From: a virus
Direction: 5' to 3' (one strand)
Virus record (IMG/VR): IMGVR_UViG_3300020451_002162
Coordinates: 27,566-91,565 of that record
DNA: 64,000 nucleotides
Shown here: positions 18,939 to 29,147 of the stretch, piece by piece
Numbering within the stretch: position 1 is the first letter of the stretch
Layout of the letters: each line of letters begins with the position of its first letter
Program-made: the position numbers and the translations under genes
Notes under the pieces: generated by a model
The model's database searches: none
Seen by the model: the letters and a program-made list of their open reading frames with translations, nothing else
What the model was told of the DNA's origin: nothing

Positions 18939-18959
18939 CTACGCATAACCGTATATCAT
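18931..18959 (+). promoter_or_regulatory. Sigma70-type promoter, probably giving a leaderless mRNA
   Basis: TTGACT-17 bp-TATCAT; ATG 7 nt after the -10 box; no SD. Confidence 0.6.
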
Positions 18960-18965
18960 AATATT

Positions 18966-19427
18966 ATGAGACCTAACTGGACAGATTATTTTTTAGGATT
19001 AGCAAAAGTTGTTTCTCAACGTAGTCACGACATACATACACAACATGGTTGTATTATTACAGATAGAGATAATCTTATTTTAGGTACTGGCTATAATGGT
19101 TTTCCTAGAAATATCGACGATACAATACTTCCAACATCTCGTCCAGAAAAATATGCTTGGATGATTCATGCTGAACGAAACGCACTATCTAGTTGTACTC
19201 ACAAACCTACTAATGGTATCGCCTATGTCACAGGACAATGCTGTAATGATTGCATCATGTCTTTATGGCAAGCTGGTGTTTCTAAGGTTGTTATGGCCAA
19301 CAGCCACGGAACTAAATTATTTGATAAACAAGCACAAAAAAGATTTGATCTATTTGTGGAATTAACAGGAATAGAAATCGTAAGACATACACCAAATTTT
19401 TCATGGATTCAAGAAATAGATTTTTAA
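18966..19427 (+). CDS. dCMP deaminase
   Basis: RPNWTDYF, GTGYNGFP, HAERNAL, CCNDC zinc motifs. Confidence 0.92.
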   Translation: MRPNWTDYFLGLAKVVSQRSHDIHTQHGCIITDRDNLILGTGYNGFPRNIDDTILPTSRPEKYAWMIHAERNALSSCTHKPTNGIAYVTGQCCNDCIMSLWQAGVSKVVMANSHGTKLFDKQAQKRFDLFVELTGIEIVRHTPNFSWIQEIDF

Positions 19428-19453
19428 AATCAAAATCAAGAGTAAAAATTTGT

Positions 19454-19470
19454 GGTGTATTATAAAAATA
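19454..19470 (+). promoter_or_regulatory. Putative phage promoter (GGTGTAT motif)
   Basis: GGTGTATTATAAAAATA in the intergenic region upstream of nrdJ. Confidence 0.45.
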
Positions 19471-19580
19471 ACAACGTAATCAAATGGCCTTGCATACTCT
19501 AACCAATGATTTATCATAAATTATGAAAAAATCAATTCTTTCCATATAGGCCAATTCTTTTTAATTTTATAGGAGCTAGG

Positions 19581-21779
19581 ATGTCGGCATTAAATGAACT
19601 TCAAAATTATACTTTTGTGAGCAAGTACGCCCGTTGGATTGAATCTGAAAACAGAAGAGAAACTTGGAAAGAAGCAGTAGATCGTGTTAGAAATATGATG
19701 CATACATATTATGCTGATAAAAACATGTCAGAAGATATCGATTGGGCATACGATATCATGTTTAAAAAGAAAGTTTTAGGAAGTCAAAGAGCTTTGCAAT
19801 TTGGTGGAGAGCCGATCTTAAAAAGACATGCTAAAATTTATAACTGCACTAGTTCTTATTGTGACAGATTAAGATTCTTTCAAGAATGTTTCTGGTTGCT
19901 ATTGTGTGGTAGTGGTACAGGATTTAGTGTACAAAAACATCACGTAGCTAAATTGCCTAATTTGTCTCATAATAAAAAAGACAAAAGGAAAGGTGTAAAA
20001 TATAAAATAGAAGATAGTATTGAAGGATGGTCGGATGCTTTGGGTGTTCTACTAAGTTCCTATTTTACTAAGGCTGCTGAAGATAAGTTTAAACAATACA
20101 AAGATCAGTATATTGTTTTTGACTATAGCAATATTAGAGAAAAGGGATCGCAACTATCTTCTGGTGTGGGCAAGGCGCCCGGTTTTGAGCCCTTGCAAAA
20201 CGGTTTGGAAAAAATTAGAGAAGTATTGGAGACATGCATTGAAAACAAACAGAAAAAACTCAGACCAATTGATGCTTATGATATTATTATGCACTCAAGC
20301 GATGCTGTATTATCTGGTGGTGTTCGCAGAAGTGCGTCGTTAGCATTATTTAGTGCAGACGATGAAGAGATGGCTAAAGCTAAAACCGGTAATTGGTATG
20401 TAGATAATCCTCAAAGAGCCAGAAGCAATAATTCTGCATTACTCCTAAAAGACGATACATCTTATGAGCAGTTTGCTTTATTGATGGAATCTGTTAAAGA
20501 GTTTGGTGAACCTGGATTCATTTGGAGTGATTCCACAGAAATGACATTTAATCCTTGTGTTGAAGTAGGTATGTGGCCTGTTGATGAAAAAACAGGAAAG
20601 TCTGGTTGGCAAGGATGTAATCTCTCTACAATCAATTGCTCTTCTGTTGTCGATGAAGAAGATTTCTATGAAAGATGTAAAGCTGCTGCTATCATTGGTA
20701 GTTTACAAGCTGGTTTTACTGGTTTGGATTATTTAGGAGAGACTAGTAAGGCAATATTTGATAGAGAGGCTTTGCTTGGAGTTTCTTTAACTGGTATCAT
20801 GGAGAAGCATGAATTAGTACTTACAGAGAAGGTCTTAAAGAAAGGCGCAAAAATTGCTGTAGACACCAACAAAGAAATCGCCAAAAAGATTTCTATTAAT
20901 CAGGCAGCCAGAGTAACTTGCTTAAAACCAGAAGGTACTTCAAGTTCCATGCTAGGTACATCATCTGGCATCCATCCACATCATGCTAAAAGATATATTA
21001 GACATGTTCAAGCAAACATCTTAGAGCCACCTTACCAATATTTTAAAAGCTATAATCCTCAAGCGTGTGAAAAGTCTTCTTGGTCTGCCAATGATACAGA
21101 CGAAGTTGTTAAATTCCCTATTGAGGTTCCCGATGGATCTAAACTTAAAAACCAACTACCCGCTATAGAAATGCTTGGCGTAGTAAAAGATGCTCAAAAA
21201 AACTGGGTTCATTCTGGGAAAAACAGATCATTATGTACTCAAGATTTTCTTAGTCATAATGTTAGCAATACTGTAACTGTACAGCCAGATGAATGGGAAA
21301 GTGTCACAAAATTTATATATAATAATAGAAAGTTTTTTGCCGGGATTAGTCTAATCCCACAGAGCGGAGACAAAGACTATCCTCAGGCTCCTTTTACTAC
21401 AGTATATACTAGTAGAGAAATTGTCAAAGAATATGGAGATGCTGGGTTGTGGTGTTCAGGTTTGATTGAGTTGGGACTAAATGCTTTTGATAATAATTTA
21501 TGGGCAGCATGTGATTATATTACATTAAACCAATTAACAGACAAAGATGCTGAAGATAAAAAATTATTTGCAATCAAAATGCATAGATTCGCTAAAAAAT
21601 ATTTTGAAGGAGACTTTAAGAGACTAACATATTGTATGAAAGATGTATATAATTGGAAAATTTATACTGATTTATACGAGAGTTTTAGTAAAGTGGATTA
21701 TACACAACTATTAGAAACAGAGGATAATACCGTAGGAATAGAGGAAATCAGTTGTGCAGGTGGTGCATGTCTTATTTGA
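19581..21779 (+). CDS. nrdJ: Class II (adenosylcobalamin-dependent) ribonucleotide reductase, monomeric RTPR type
   Basis: IYNC, GSGTGFSV, GGVRRSA, NPCVE, CNL, KPEGTSS, C-terminal CAGGAC; AGGAG RBS. Confidence 0.92.
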   Translation: MSALNELQNYTFVSKYARWIESENRRETWKEAVDRVRNMMHTYYADKNMSEDIDWAYDIMFKKKVLGSQRALQFGGEPILKRHAKIYNCTSSYCDRLRFFQECFWLLLCGSGTGFSVQKHHVAKLPNLSHNKKDKRKGVKYKIEDSIEGWSDALGVLLSSYFTKAAEDKFKQYKDQYIVFDYSNIREKGSQLSSGVGKAPGFEPLQNGLEKIREVLETCIENKQKKLRPIDAYDIIMHSSDAVLSGGVRRSASLALFSADDEEMAKAKTGNWYVDNPQRARSNNSALLLKDDTSYEQFALLMESVKEFGEPGFIWSDSTEMTFNPCVEVGMWPVDEKTGKSGWQGCNLSTINCSSVVDEEDFYERCKAAAIIGSLQAGFTGLDYLGETSKAIFDREALLGVSLTGIMEKHELVLTEKVLKKGAKIAVDTNKEIAKKISINQAARVTCLKPEGTSSSMLGTSSGIHPHHAKRYIRHVQANILEPPYQYFKSYNPQACEKSSWSANDTDEVVKFPIEVPDGSKLKNQLPAIEMLGVVKDAQKNWVHSGKNRSLCTQDFLSHNVSNTVTVQPDEWESVTKFIYNNRKFFAGISLIPQSGDKDYPQAPFTTVYTSREIVKEYGDAGLWCSGLIELGLNAFDNNLWAACDYITLNQLTDKDAEDKKLFAIKMHRFAKKYFEGDFKRLTYCMKDVYNWKIYTDLYESFSKVDYTQLLETEDNTVGIEEISCAGGACLI

Positions 21780-21803
21780 TTTCATTCCTAGAAGGGTACA
21801 ACT

Positions 21804-22535
21804 TTGAGAAAAAAACAAAAGAATGGAACTCGTAAAGGGTCCATAAAGCTAGATAGCAATAAAATTAATCCAGAAGAAATTGTTGTAGGATTTAAGAATA
21901 GATTAAAACCTAGAACGATTAATCAAAAAAACTACATTAGAACCGTAGCAGAAAATACTATTACTTTCTGTCAAGGTGTTCCGGGTAGTGGTAAAACCCA
22001 TATAGCTATAGGTATGGCCCTAGAATATCTCATAGATGACAAGGTCGAAAAGATTGTAATCACAAGACCTGTTGTAGAAGCTGGAGAAAGACTTGGCTTT
22101 TTACCTGGATCAGCAGAGGATAAGTTGCATCCGTATCTTTTACCTCTGTTCGATGAAATTAATTACTTTTTACACATGCAACATTATGCCAAACTAAAAG
22201 TAGGTAAAAGAATAGAAGTAGTTCCTTTGGGGCTAATGAGAGGTAGAAGTTTCCATAATGCCTTTATAGTTGCCGATGAGTGTCAGAATGCCTCATACGA
22301 TCAACTAAAAATGTTATTGACTAGAATAGGTATGGACAGCAAGATGATCCTAACAGGAGATGTCGCGCAATCAGATTTACAATTTGACAGACAGGGAGGC
22401 TTTCTGAGATTAATGCAGGTATTAGATGGAGTTGATGGTCTTGGTGTTGCTGAGTTAGAATCTACAGACATCGTAAGAAACGAAATCATATCTCGCGTTA
22501 TATGTCGCTTAGATGAATATGAGAATAGATCATAA
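21804..22535 (+). CDS. phoH: PhoH-like ATPase
   Basis: GVPGSGKT, RPVVEAGERLGFLPG, MRGRSF, DECQN, LTRIG, GDVAQSD. Confidence 0.95.
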   Translation: MRKKQKNGTRKGSIKLDSNKINPEEIVVGFKNRLKPRTINQKNYIRTVAENTITFCQGVPGSGKTHIAIGMALEYLIDDKVEKIVITRPVVEAGERLGFLPGSAEDKLHPYLLPLFDEINYFLHMQHYAKLKVGKRIEVVPLGLMRGRSFHNAFIVADECQNASYDQLKMLLTRIGMDSKMILTGDVAQSDLQFDRQGGFLRLMQVLDGVDGLGVAELESTDIVRNEIISRVICRLDEYENRS

Positions 22536-23088
22536 ACCGTGTTTGGTTCTTAACGCAGATTACAGTCCTGTCGCTATAGTAGAATGGCAAAGAGCTATAA
22601 TTTGGTCTTATAGATTGAATCATAGTACAGGAGGTTTGTCTATGGATATAATAGAATATTATAAAACAGATTTCATTAAAGGATCTAGTAATCAAACACC
22701 CCTACCTGCTGTAATCAAAATTAGAAATTATTTAAAGCTCCATAAACATTCTGTAAATTTTTCTAGAAAAAATTTATTTATTAGAGATAATTATACTTGT
22801 CAGTATTGTAATAAAAGATGTTCTCAGCAAGAATTAACATACGATCATGTAATTCCAAAATCTCAATGGCCTTTTAGGGACAAATCTCCTACTACTTGGA
22901 CGAATATAGTTACGGCTTGTACTAAGTGTAATCTTAAAAAAAGCAATAAAACCCCACAACAAGCTCAAATGCAATTACAAAACAAACCGATTAGACCATT
23001 TAGTAATTATAAATACTTGCATGTAACCTCTAGACTATCTATTATGAAAGATAAGATACCAGAAGAGTGGAAAATTTATACAGGATAA
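22513..23088 (+). CDS. HNH endonuclease (McrA-like)
   Basis: LVLNADY, RDNYTCQYC, TYDHVIPKS, NIVTACTKCNLKK. Confidence 0.9.
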   Translation: MNMRIDHKPCLVLNADYSPVAIVEWQRAIIWSYRLNHSTGGLSMDIIEYYKTDFIKGSSNQTPLPAVIKIRNYLKLHKHSVNFSRKNLFIRDNYTCQYCNKRCSQQELTYDHVIPKSQWPFRDKSPTTWTNIVTACTKCNLKKSNKTPQQAQMQLQNKPIRPFSNYKYLHVTSRLSIMKDKIPEEWKIYTG

Positions 23089-23092
23089 TCGA

Positions 23093-23515
23093 ATGAGAAT
23101 TGATCAAAACGAGTTTATCTCAAATAACTCTAAGAATGAGCAAAAAACAGAACGTTTGTATTGTGCTGTGGGTTTCGAAGATTTTGTCGATGAGCATGGC
23201 TTTCCTAGACTTAAACTAGAAACAGAAGACCTATGCGCTAAAGCCCTACCCGATAAGCCAACTAAGCATTTTGGAGATAAAAGAGGTAGCGATTATAGGT
23301 ATTACATAAGAATGGATGCGGATCAAGAACTTTTTAATCCAATACAGATACTATCTACAGTTAAAGATAAAAAGAACAATCACTTTATAAACTCTGTATG
23401 CAAAAGCACAAAAGCCTTCAAAGAAGTATCTCCTTCTATATTTAATAAATATATCAAGTATTTAAAATCAAAAGATTTAAGATGGTTAAAAGAAGCTCAA
23501 AGAGACTTAGTATAA
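23093..23515 (+). CDS. Hypothetical protein (paralog of 24214-24561)
   Basis: Shares YxxRxD..LxNP, CKS, VS..FNxY..LKxKxLxWL..AxR with 24214-24561. Confidence 0.7.
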   Translation: MRIDQNEFISNNSKNEQKTERLYCAVGFEDFVDEHGFPRLKLETEDLCAKALPDKPTKHFGDKRGSDYRYYIRMDADQELFNPIQILSTVKDKKNNHFINSVCKSTKAFKEVSPSIFNKYIKYLKSKDLRWLKEAQRDLV

Positions 23516-23859
23516 TGCCAGAATATACATTTATTTGCGATGATTGTGGGGAGATATTTAGCATAGTCTCTTCTATTTCTGAATATACAGATAAACAGCT
23601 ATGCACATTATGTAAGTCAGAAAATACCAATAGATATTATCAACACGACTTAGCTAATATGACAGGTTCTGTAGTAAAAGCAGACTCTGAACTTAAAACA
23701 ATAGGAGATTTAGCTAATAGAAATCGTGATAAGATGACGGAAGACCATAAGCAGGCATTATTTAAGAAACACAATGACTACAGAGAAAATCCTCCAGAAA
23801 TGCCGTTGCCTAAAAATATGAAAAGAATCAAGAAAACAAAAGGAATAAAATGGACATGA
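23515..23859 (+). CDS. FmdB-family zinc-ribbon protein
   Basis: MPEYTFICDDCG...CTLCKS; start reassigned to the TAATG overlap at 23515. Confidence 0.8.
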   Translation: MPEYTFICDDCGEIFSIVSSISEYTDKQLCTLCKSENTNRYYQHDLANMTGSVVKADSELKTIGDLANRNRDKMTEDHKQALFKKHNDYRENPPEMPLPKNMKRIKKTKGIKWT

Positions 23860-24221
23860 ATCCGTCAGATAAAAATAAACAAAGATCTATATCTGATATT
23901 TTGGGTGAAACAGATTTACCCAAAGAAATTGTCGACACTATAGGCACAGCTTATGCTCAAAATGGTTTCTCGGATTTAGTCGATACTCAAAAAGACAAAA
24001 AAATAGACTGTCCTAGAGAGATCGTTTTTAAGATAGAAGGAACAGTACTTAATCAAGATGATAAAGGAGAAGTTATAGCTACTGAATTCATTTTTGATCA
24101 ATCTTATCACATTCCTGTCCCTACTGGCATCGACTACAAAAGCTCTATGAATACATTTTTAAATCACTTCACGGGTTGTCTGGAACAAACATCTAAAGAA
24201 TTATGGAAAAATCATGTCTGA
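23856..24221 (+). CDS. Hypothetical protein
   Basis: ORF coupled by ATGA overlap. Confidence 0.6.
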   Translation: MNPSDKNKQRSISDILGETDLPKEIVDTIGTAYAQNGFSDLVDTQKDKKIDCPREIVFKIEGTVLNQDDKGEVIATEFIFDQSYHIPVPTGIDYKSSMNTFLNHFTGCLEQTSKELWKNHV

Positions 24222-24561
24222 TAATATTTATTATACTCAACTAAATATGGGCCAAGAAGATAATCAAGGTAATTTTATTATTCAAGACGATGGACCAGAG
24301 GCCTATGCCAAAATCATTAAAACACAAGGTTCTGTGAAATATATGGTTAGAATTGATCCTTCTCATAAGTTAATGAATCCTTTTGGTTATGACAATCAAA
24401 CAGAATTTAGTGGACATAAAAATTTTGTAGACCATACTTGTAAATCATCCAAACACAATAAATATACTAGAGTAAGTAACAAGTGTTTTAATTACTATTT
24501 ATCTTTTTTAAAGACAAAAAATTTAGCATGGCTTGTCAATGCTGAAAGGGAAAACAACTAA
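24214..24561 (+). CDS. Hypothetical protein (paralog of 23093-23515)
   Basis: Shared motifs with 23093-23515. Confidence 0.7.
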   Translation: MSDNIYYTQLNMGQEDNQGNFIIQDDGPEAYAKIIKTQGSVKYMVRIDPSHKLMNPFGYDNQTEFSGHKNFVDHTCKSSKHNKYTRVSNKCFNYYLSFLKTKNLAWLVNAERENN

Positions 24562-24935
24562 TGAATAATAATCTAATTAAGAGATATGCTGTTTTGTGGT
24601 TAAATTCTCAGGGCAATGATCTCGATAACATTTCAGAATCTTTAGATATGTCTAAAGCTAGCATTAAAAGAATTGTAAAGCTGTATGCCGATACTGCACC
24701 ACAAAAACAAGAAGAAACAGAAGAAACAGAAGAAAAATCTAGTACTACTACAACATCTAGCAGACAAACCGCTAAAGATTTTATGATAAATCAAACATCA
24801 GGTAAAGGGTCTTCTGGAGTTACTATTATGACTAAAACGGCTTCAGAGAGAAACGATGCCTCTAAGAAAAACTCTCACAATAACAAAGAGTCAAAATTTT
24901 CTAATTGTATATACAAGTTGGACGAAAACAAATAG
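24561..24935 (+). CDS. HTH-domain protein
   Basis: GNDLDNISESLDMSKASIKRIV helix-turn-helix pattern followed by a disordered tail. Confidence 0.55.
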   Translation: MNNNLIKRYAVLWLNSQGNDLDNISESLDMSKASIKRIVKLYADTAPQKQEETEETEEKSSTTTTSSRQTAKDFMINQTSGKGSSGVTIMTKTASERNDASKKNSHNNKESKFSNCIYKLDENK

Positions 24936-24944
24936 TACTATAGT

Positions 24945-25379
24945 ATGGAATATATCTCTAAATACTCTAATGATAAAAGGGTATCTGCTGCTCAGTATAT
25001 CACAGAGATTATATGTGAACACAAAGCCAAAAAAGAAAGAAAAGACTTACATTTTCGATTTTGGCAAACCAGCAAGTACTGGGAAAAGTATTATAGAAGT
25101 CAAATAGCCACGGCAAATAAATTATTAAAAACATATAATCCTCAAGCAATAATATCTGCACTAAATGATAGGAAGTCTGTAAGAATTTTTTCGTTGAGGG
25201 CTCCTCACTTAGAAGCTATTATAGAACATCATCAGCATTTATTTGATAATAACAGTTCGAAACCACAGACAGAAATAGAAAGAGTTGACCCCGGTAAACT
25301 AAAGTCAAGAAAAGAATACAAACCCTATAAAAAAAGTATAATGGATATTTTAGATGATCAAGGAAAAGAAAATGGCTAA
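24945..25379 (+). CDS. Hypothetical protein
   Basis: Basic 144-aa ORF directly upstream of recA. Confidence 0.6.
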   Translation: MEYISKYSNDKRVSAAQYITEIICEHKAKKERKDLHFRFWQTSKYWEKYYRSQIATANKLLKTYNPQAIISALNDRKSVRIFSLRAPHLEAIIEHHQHLFDNNSSKPQTEIERVDPGKLKSRKEYKPYKKSIMDILDDQGKENG

Positions 25380-26391
25380 ATTAAAAGAAGAAGTAACTAA
25401 AACTTTTGGTAAAAATATTATTTTATCGGCTAATTCTATTATAGACAAACCATCAATGGTGGTCCCTATTGGACCCTCATTAGACATTATTTTAAATGGA
25501 GGTGTTCCTGAAGGTAGTTTTGTTGTATTAACAGGACAGCCCAAATGTGGGAAAACTACAACGTCTTTATCCTTTGCTGCTACTGCTCTTAAACCTGAAT
25601 ATCAAGGAGATCTACCTTCTCCCAGAAAAGCGTACTACCTAAACATCGAGGGTAGGTTGAAAAAGAGAGATTTAGAAGGAATACCGGAATTAGATTTGGA
25701 CAGATTTGATGTGATAGGTTCTCAACAGGGTAAGATTTTGCATGCAGAAGAGTATCTACAAATTGCAGAAAAAATAATCAATCAAGAACCAGGTAGTATA
25801 TTAATTATCGATTCTTATTCAGCCTTATGCACAGAAGCTGAAATTACATCAGATATGAATAAAATGCAAAGAGCAGATGGAGCTAAACTCTTAGCTAAGT
25901 TTTGTAGAAAAGTTGCCAATGTTATTCCCGTTAATAAAAATTTGGTTATTGGTATTACACACCTTATGGGAAATCCAACAGGTTATGGTGCAGAATTTAA
26001 AGAGAAGAGTGGTCAGGCAGTAGCGTATCAAACGGATATTAAACTGAGAGCGAAAACGTTTTCACCTTGGCTACTAAATAAAGATACCAATTCTCAAATA
26101 GGACAAGAAGTAACGTGGCAAGTCGTCACTTCTGCACTAGGTCCTCCGGGAGGATCTATCACCAGCTATTTAAGATATGGACAAGGCATAGATAAAGAAA
26201 TGGAAGTAGTCAATCTAGCTATAGATTTAGGTCTTATTCAAAAAGCTGGTGCATGGTATACTCTAAGTTTTGTTGAGGAGAAAGAAAAACCCAAAGCTCA
26301 AGGGGCAGAAAAAGTTAGACAATATATAGTAGATAATCCTGGATGCTACGATAAGCTTTATGCTGCGATTAAAGAGACTATGGGTATTTAG
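25372..26391 (+). CDS. recA: RecA/UvsX-like recombinase
   Basis: SLDIILNGGVPEG, Walker A GQPKCGKTT, IIDSYSAL, YGQGID, LIQKAGAWY. Confidence 0.9.
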   Translation: MAKLKEEVTKTFGKNIILSANSIIDKPSMVVPIGPSLDIILNGGVPEGSFVVLTGQPKCGKTTTSLSFAATALKPEYQGDLPSPRKAYYLNIEGRLKKRDLEGIPELDLDRFDVIGSQQGKILHAEEYLQIAEKIINQEPGSILIIDSYSALCTEAEITSDMNKMQRADGAKLLAKFCRKVANVIPVNKNLVIGITHLMGNPTGYGAEFKEKSGQAVAYQTDIKLRAKTFSPWLLNKDTNSQIGQEVTWQVVTSALGPPGGSITSYLRYGQGIDKEMEVVNLAIDLGLIQKAGAWYTLSFVEEKEKPKAQGAEKVRQYIVDNPGCYDKLYAAIKETMGI

Positions 26392-26393
26392 TA

Positions 26394-26798
26394 ATGATAG
26401 TTATAGATTTGGAAGGGAATTCTACAAATTGGCTATTGACAGGCAACAGTTCTCATGCTAGAATGCTTAATAAGTCAAAACTACATTTAAGAGCAAGAGG
26501 GCTACTTAAAGAGATTCATCCCACATTACAAGTATTAGAAGAAATACCAGTTCATGTTAGGAGAAAAGAGCTTTTATATTTAGATTTTTATATACCGTTA
26601 ATAAAAACCTGTATAGAAGTTCATGGAGAGCAGCATTATAAGTTTATTGGACACTATCATGGAAATAGATTTAATTTCATTAAAGCTAAGCAAAGAGATA
26701 TGTCGAAAAAAGAATGGTGTGAGTTGAACAACATTACACATCTAGAGTTAAAGTTTGATCAAACAGATGAACAGTGGAAAGAAATAATAGAGAACTAA
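26394..26798 (+). CDS. Vsr/DUF559-like endonuclease
   Basis: LYLDFYIP..IEVHGEQHY..RDMSKKEWC. Confidence 0.75.
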   Translation: MIVIDLEGNSTNWLLTGNSSHARMLNKSKLHLRARGLLKEIHPTLQVLEEIPVHVRRKELLYLDFYIPLIKTCIEVHGEQHYKFIGHYHGNRFNFIKAKQRDMSKKEWCELNNITHLELKFDQTDEQWKEIIEN

Positions 26799-26799
26799 A

Positions 26800-27285
26800 A
26801 TGAATACAAAAGAGAAAGTCAAAGAATGGGATGAGATTTTAGACTCCTACGAAAACAGTATTGGCTTCCCTAAATATAATGAGTGTCTTATCAACGAAAA
26901 AGAACTCAATGAGTACTTTTCGATGGATAGAAATGTTATTGAAAAATTATCTCCAGAAGACACAGCTCAAATTTCATATAGACTATCACAATTTGCTTTT
27001 CATGTACAAAGAACTTTAAATAGAGAAATAGCTAGACATAATTGGGCTGAAGAAACTATAAAGGAAACTATAGCAGACGAATTGAACAGCTATAAAGGCT
27101 ACGGTTATGTAGAAAAATACTATCAAGCAATTAAGCACAATGAGGCTGCACAATCTTTGAATAAAATTAAAAAATATGCAAAACAGAGAATGGACAGACT
27201 TTCTTATACTGCCAACTCTATTAAAAATCTATCAGACATCCTTATGGCTATTAATAGGAATAAAAATAAAAATGGACATCAATAA
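26800..27285 (+). CDS. UvsY-like recombination mediator (coiled coil)
   Basis: Helical protein of suitable size near recA; similarity is weak. Confidence 0.4.
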   Translation: MNTKEKVKEWDEILDSYENSIGFPKYNECLINEKELNEYFSMDRNVIEKLSPEDTAQISYRLSQFAFHVQRTLNREIARHNWAEETIKETIADELNSYKGYGYVEKYYQAIKHNEAAQSLNKIKKYAKQRMDRLSYTANSIKNLSDILMAINRNKNKNGHQ

Positions 27286-27682
27286 ATTAAAACAAGACCC
27301 AGAAAAAATTCAACAGCTTATAGACTTGTTAGGTTCTTTGTTGCCCGAAGAACAAGATGAGAAACCCAAAGCAACGAAGAAAAAAGCAGTAAAGAAAAAA
27401 ACAGCAAAGAAAAAAACAGCTACAAGACGAAATAGTAAAACGAAAACACAAGAGACTGCAAATAAGTTTCTGGATATGCCAGAAATGAATATGCACAAAG
27501 AAGATGGAGAGATAGATAAACAGCTACAAAAATTTCCTCCAACACCCAGAACAAGACCCACAGCAGAGAATATATCTGTGCAATGTAGAATTTGCGGAAA
27601 ACAAGAAACTATAAGTCAGGGTTTATTGTTCGAAGGTTCCAACAGATACAAATGTAATAAATGTTCTACACAGTCAGGTTAA
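27272..27682 (+). CDS. Lys-rich protein with a C-terminal zinc ribbon
   Basis: KKKAVKKKTAKKKT tract; CRIC...CNKC. Confidence 0.65.
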   Translation: MDINKLKQDPEKIQQLIDLLGSLLPEEQDEKPKATKKKAVKKKTAKKKTATRRNSKTKTQETANKFLDMPEMNMHKEDGEIDKQLQKFPPTPRTRPTAENISVQCRICGKQETISQGLLFEGSNRYKCNKCSTQSG

Positions 27683-27683
27683 A

Positions 27684-29147
27684 ATGATACTATCCAACCC
27701 ATCCGCTGAGAGAGCTGTACTATCGGCTATTATTAAATACGGCTCAGATATATTTTATGATGTATCTGATATATTAACAGATAAATGCTTTACTATAGAC
27801 AGTAATTCCAATATATTTCAGTGTATAAAAAAATCTATAGAAAAAAATAATCAAGATCAAATAGATTTAGCTTCTATCTATAGTAGCGCACAAGAACTTG
27901 GTATGTCTAAAGTGTTTTCTACCAAAGAAGAAAATCAGCACTTAAAAGCAGTCATAGATTTCCCGGTAGAAAAAGAAAATGCTAGAAAATTTGCTACACA
28001 AATTAGAAAATTAGAGATAGCAAGAGAACTAAGAGAAAAACTACAGTCTGCTCAGAACGACCTACTTGATGTTACAGGCACGGAAAATGTATCTTCTATC
28101 TTGTCTATAGCTGAAGATAGCGTTCTTAATTTTTCGGAAAGTTTAACAGATACAGATAATCATCCGTCTCCTATGAGTGACGACATAGATGAATATATTC
28201 AACACCTTATAGATAACAAAACTGAGCAAGTAGGTATACCAACAGGATTTCCTGTATATGATTCTTCTATTGGCGGAGGTTTAAGAAAAGGCACTGTTAA
28301 TGTTATAGCGGCCCGACCAAAAACTGGTAAAACTTTGTTGTCTGATAACATGGGCTTTTTTATTGCTAGTAAAATGGGTGTTCCTGTTTTAAATTTAGAT
28401 ACAGAAATGAACAAAGAAGATCATATCAACCGCATATTAGCTATGATTACAGAAGTATCTATTAATAAGATAGAAACCGGTAGGTTCGTAGATTCAGCTA
28501 GCCATAAAACAAAAATAGAAAAAGGTATACAAAAAATCAAAGACTCAAAACTATATTACAAATCTATTGCTGGAAAAAGTTTTGATGAGCAGATATCTTT
28601 GATGAGAAGATGGATAATGACAGAGGTAGGAATGAACAGTGATGGCACAGCTAAAGATTGTGTTATATTTTACGATTATTTAAAATTGATGGATACTCAG
28701 GGTATGTCTCAAGATATGAAAGAATATCAGGTTCTTGGATTTATGATGACAGCCTTACATAACTTTGCTGTAAAGTATAAGATACCAATTGTTTCATTTA
28801 TACAATTAAACCGAGATGGCATCACCAAGGAAACCACCGATGCCGCAAGTGGTTCTGACAGAATCGTATGGTTGTGTAGTAATTTTAGTATTTTCAAAAG
28901 AAAAACAGATGAAGAAATAGCAGAAGACGGACCAGATAATGGTAATAGAAAATTAGTGCCTATTATCAGTAGACATGGTGGAGGATTAGATGACAACGAC
29001 TATATTAATTGTCATATGAAAGGCTGGTGTGCAAAAATTACAGAAGGCAAAACTCGACAAGAAGTAGTAAATAATACAGGAGACGATAAGGATGGCTTTG
29101 TTATTGGAGAAGAAGGTGAAGAACCAGAAACATTCACGTTTAATTAG
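27684..29147 (+). CDS. dnaB: DnaB-like replicative helicase
   Basis: AERAVLS, GIPTGF, AARPKTGKT, DTEM, DYLKLM, QLNR. Confidence 0.93.
   Translation: MILSNPSAERAVLSAIIKYGSDIFYDVSDILTDKCFTIDSNSNIFQCIKKSIEKNNQDQIDLASIYSSAQELGMSKVFSTKEENQHLKAVIDFPVEKENARKFATQIRKLEIARELREKLQSAQNDLLDVTGTENVSSILSIAEDSVLNFSESLTDTDNHPSPMSDDIDEYIQHLIDNKTEQVGIPTGFPVYDSSIGGGLRKGTVNVIAARPKTGKTLLSDNMGFFIASKMGVPVLNLDTEMNKEDHINRILAMITEVSINKIETGRFVDSASHKTKIEKGIQKIKDSKLYYKSIAGKSFDEQISLMRRWIMTEVGMNSDGTAKDCVIFYDYLKLMDTQGMSQDMKEYQVLGFMMTALHNFAVKYKIPIVSFIQLNRDGITKETTDAASGSDRIVWLCSNFSIFKRKTDEEIAEDGPDNGNRKLVPIISRHGGGLDDNDYINCHMKGWCAKITEGKTRQEVVNNTGDDKDGFVIGEEGEEPETFTFN

Noticed and set aside
586-19427. comEA-comEB competence operon
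   Set aside because: The HhH gene and the dCMP deaminase are 18 kb apart, no comEC is present, and the deaminase sits with phage nucleotide-metabolism genes.
19428-19580. Cobalamin riboswitch before nrdJ
   Set aside because: The region is too AT-rich and lacks recognisable B12-box consensus elements.
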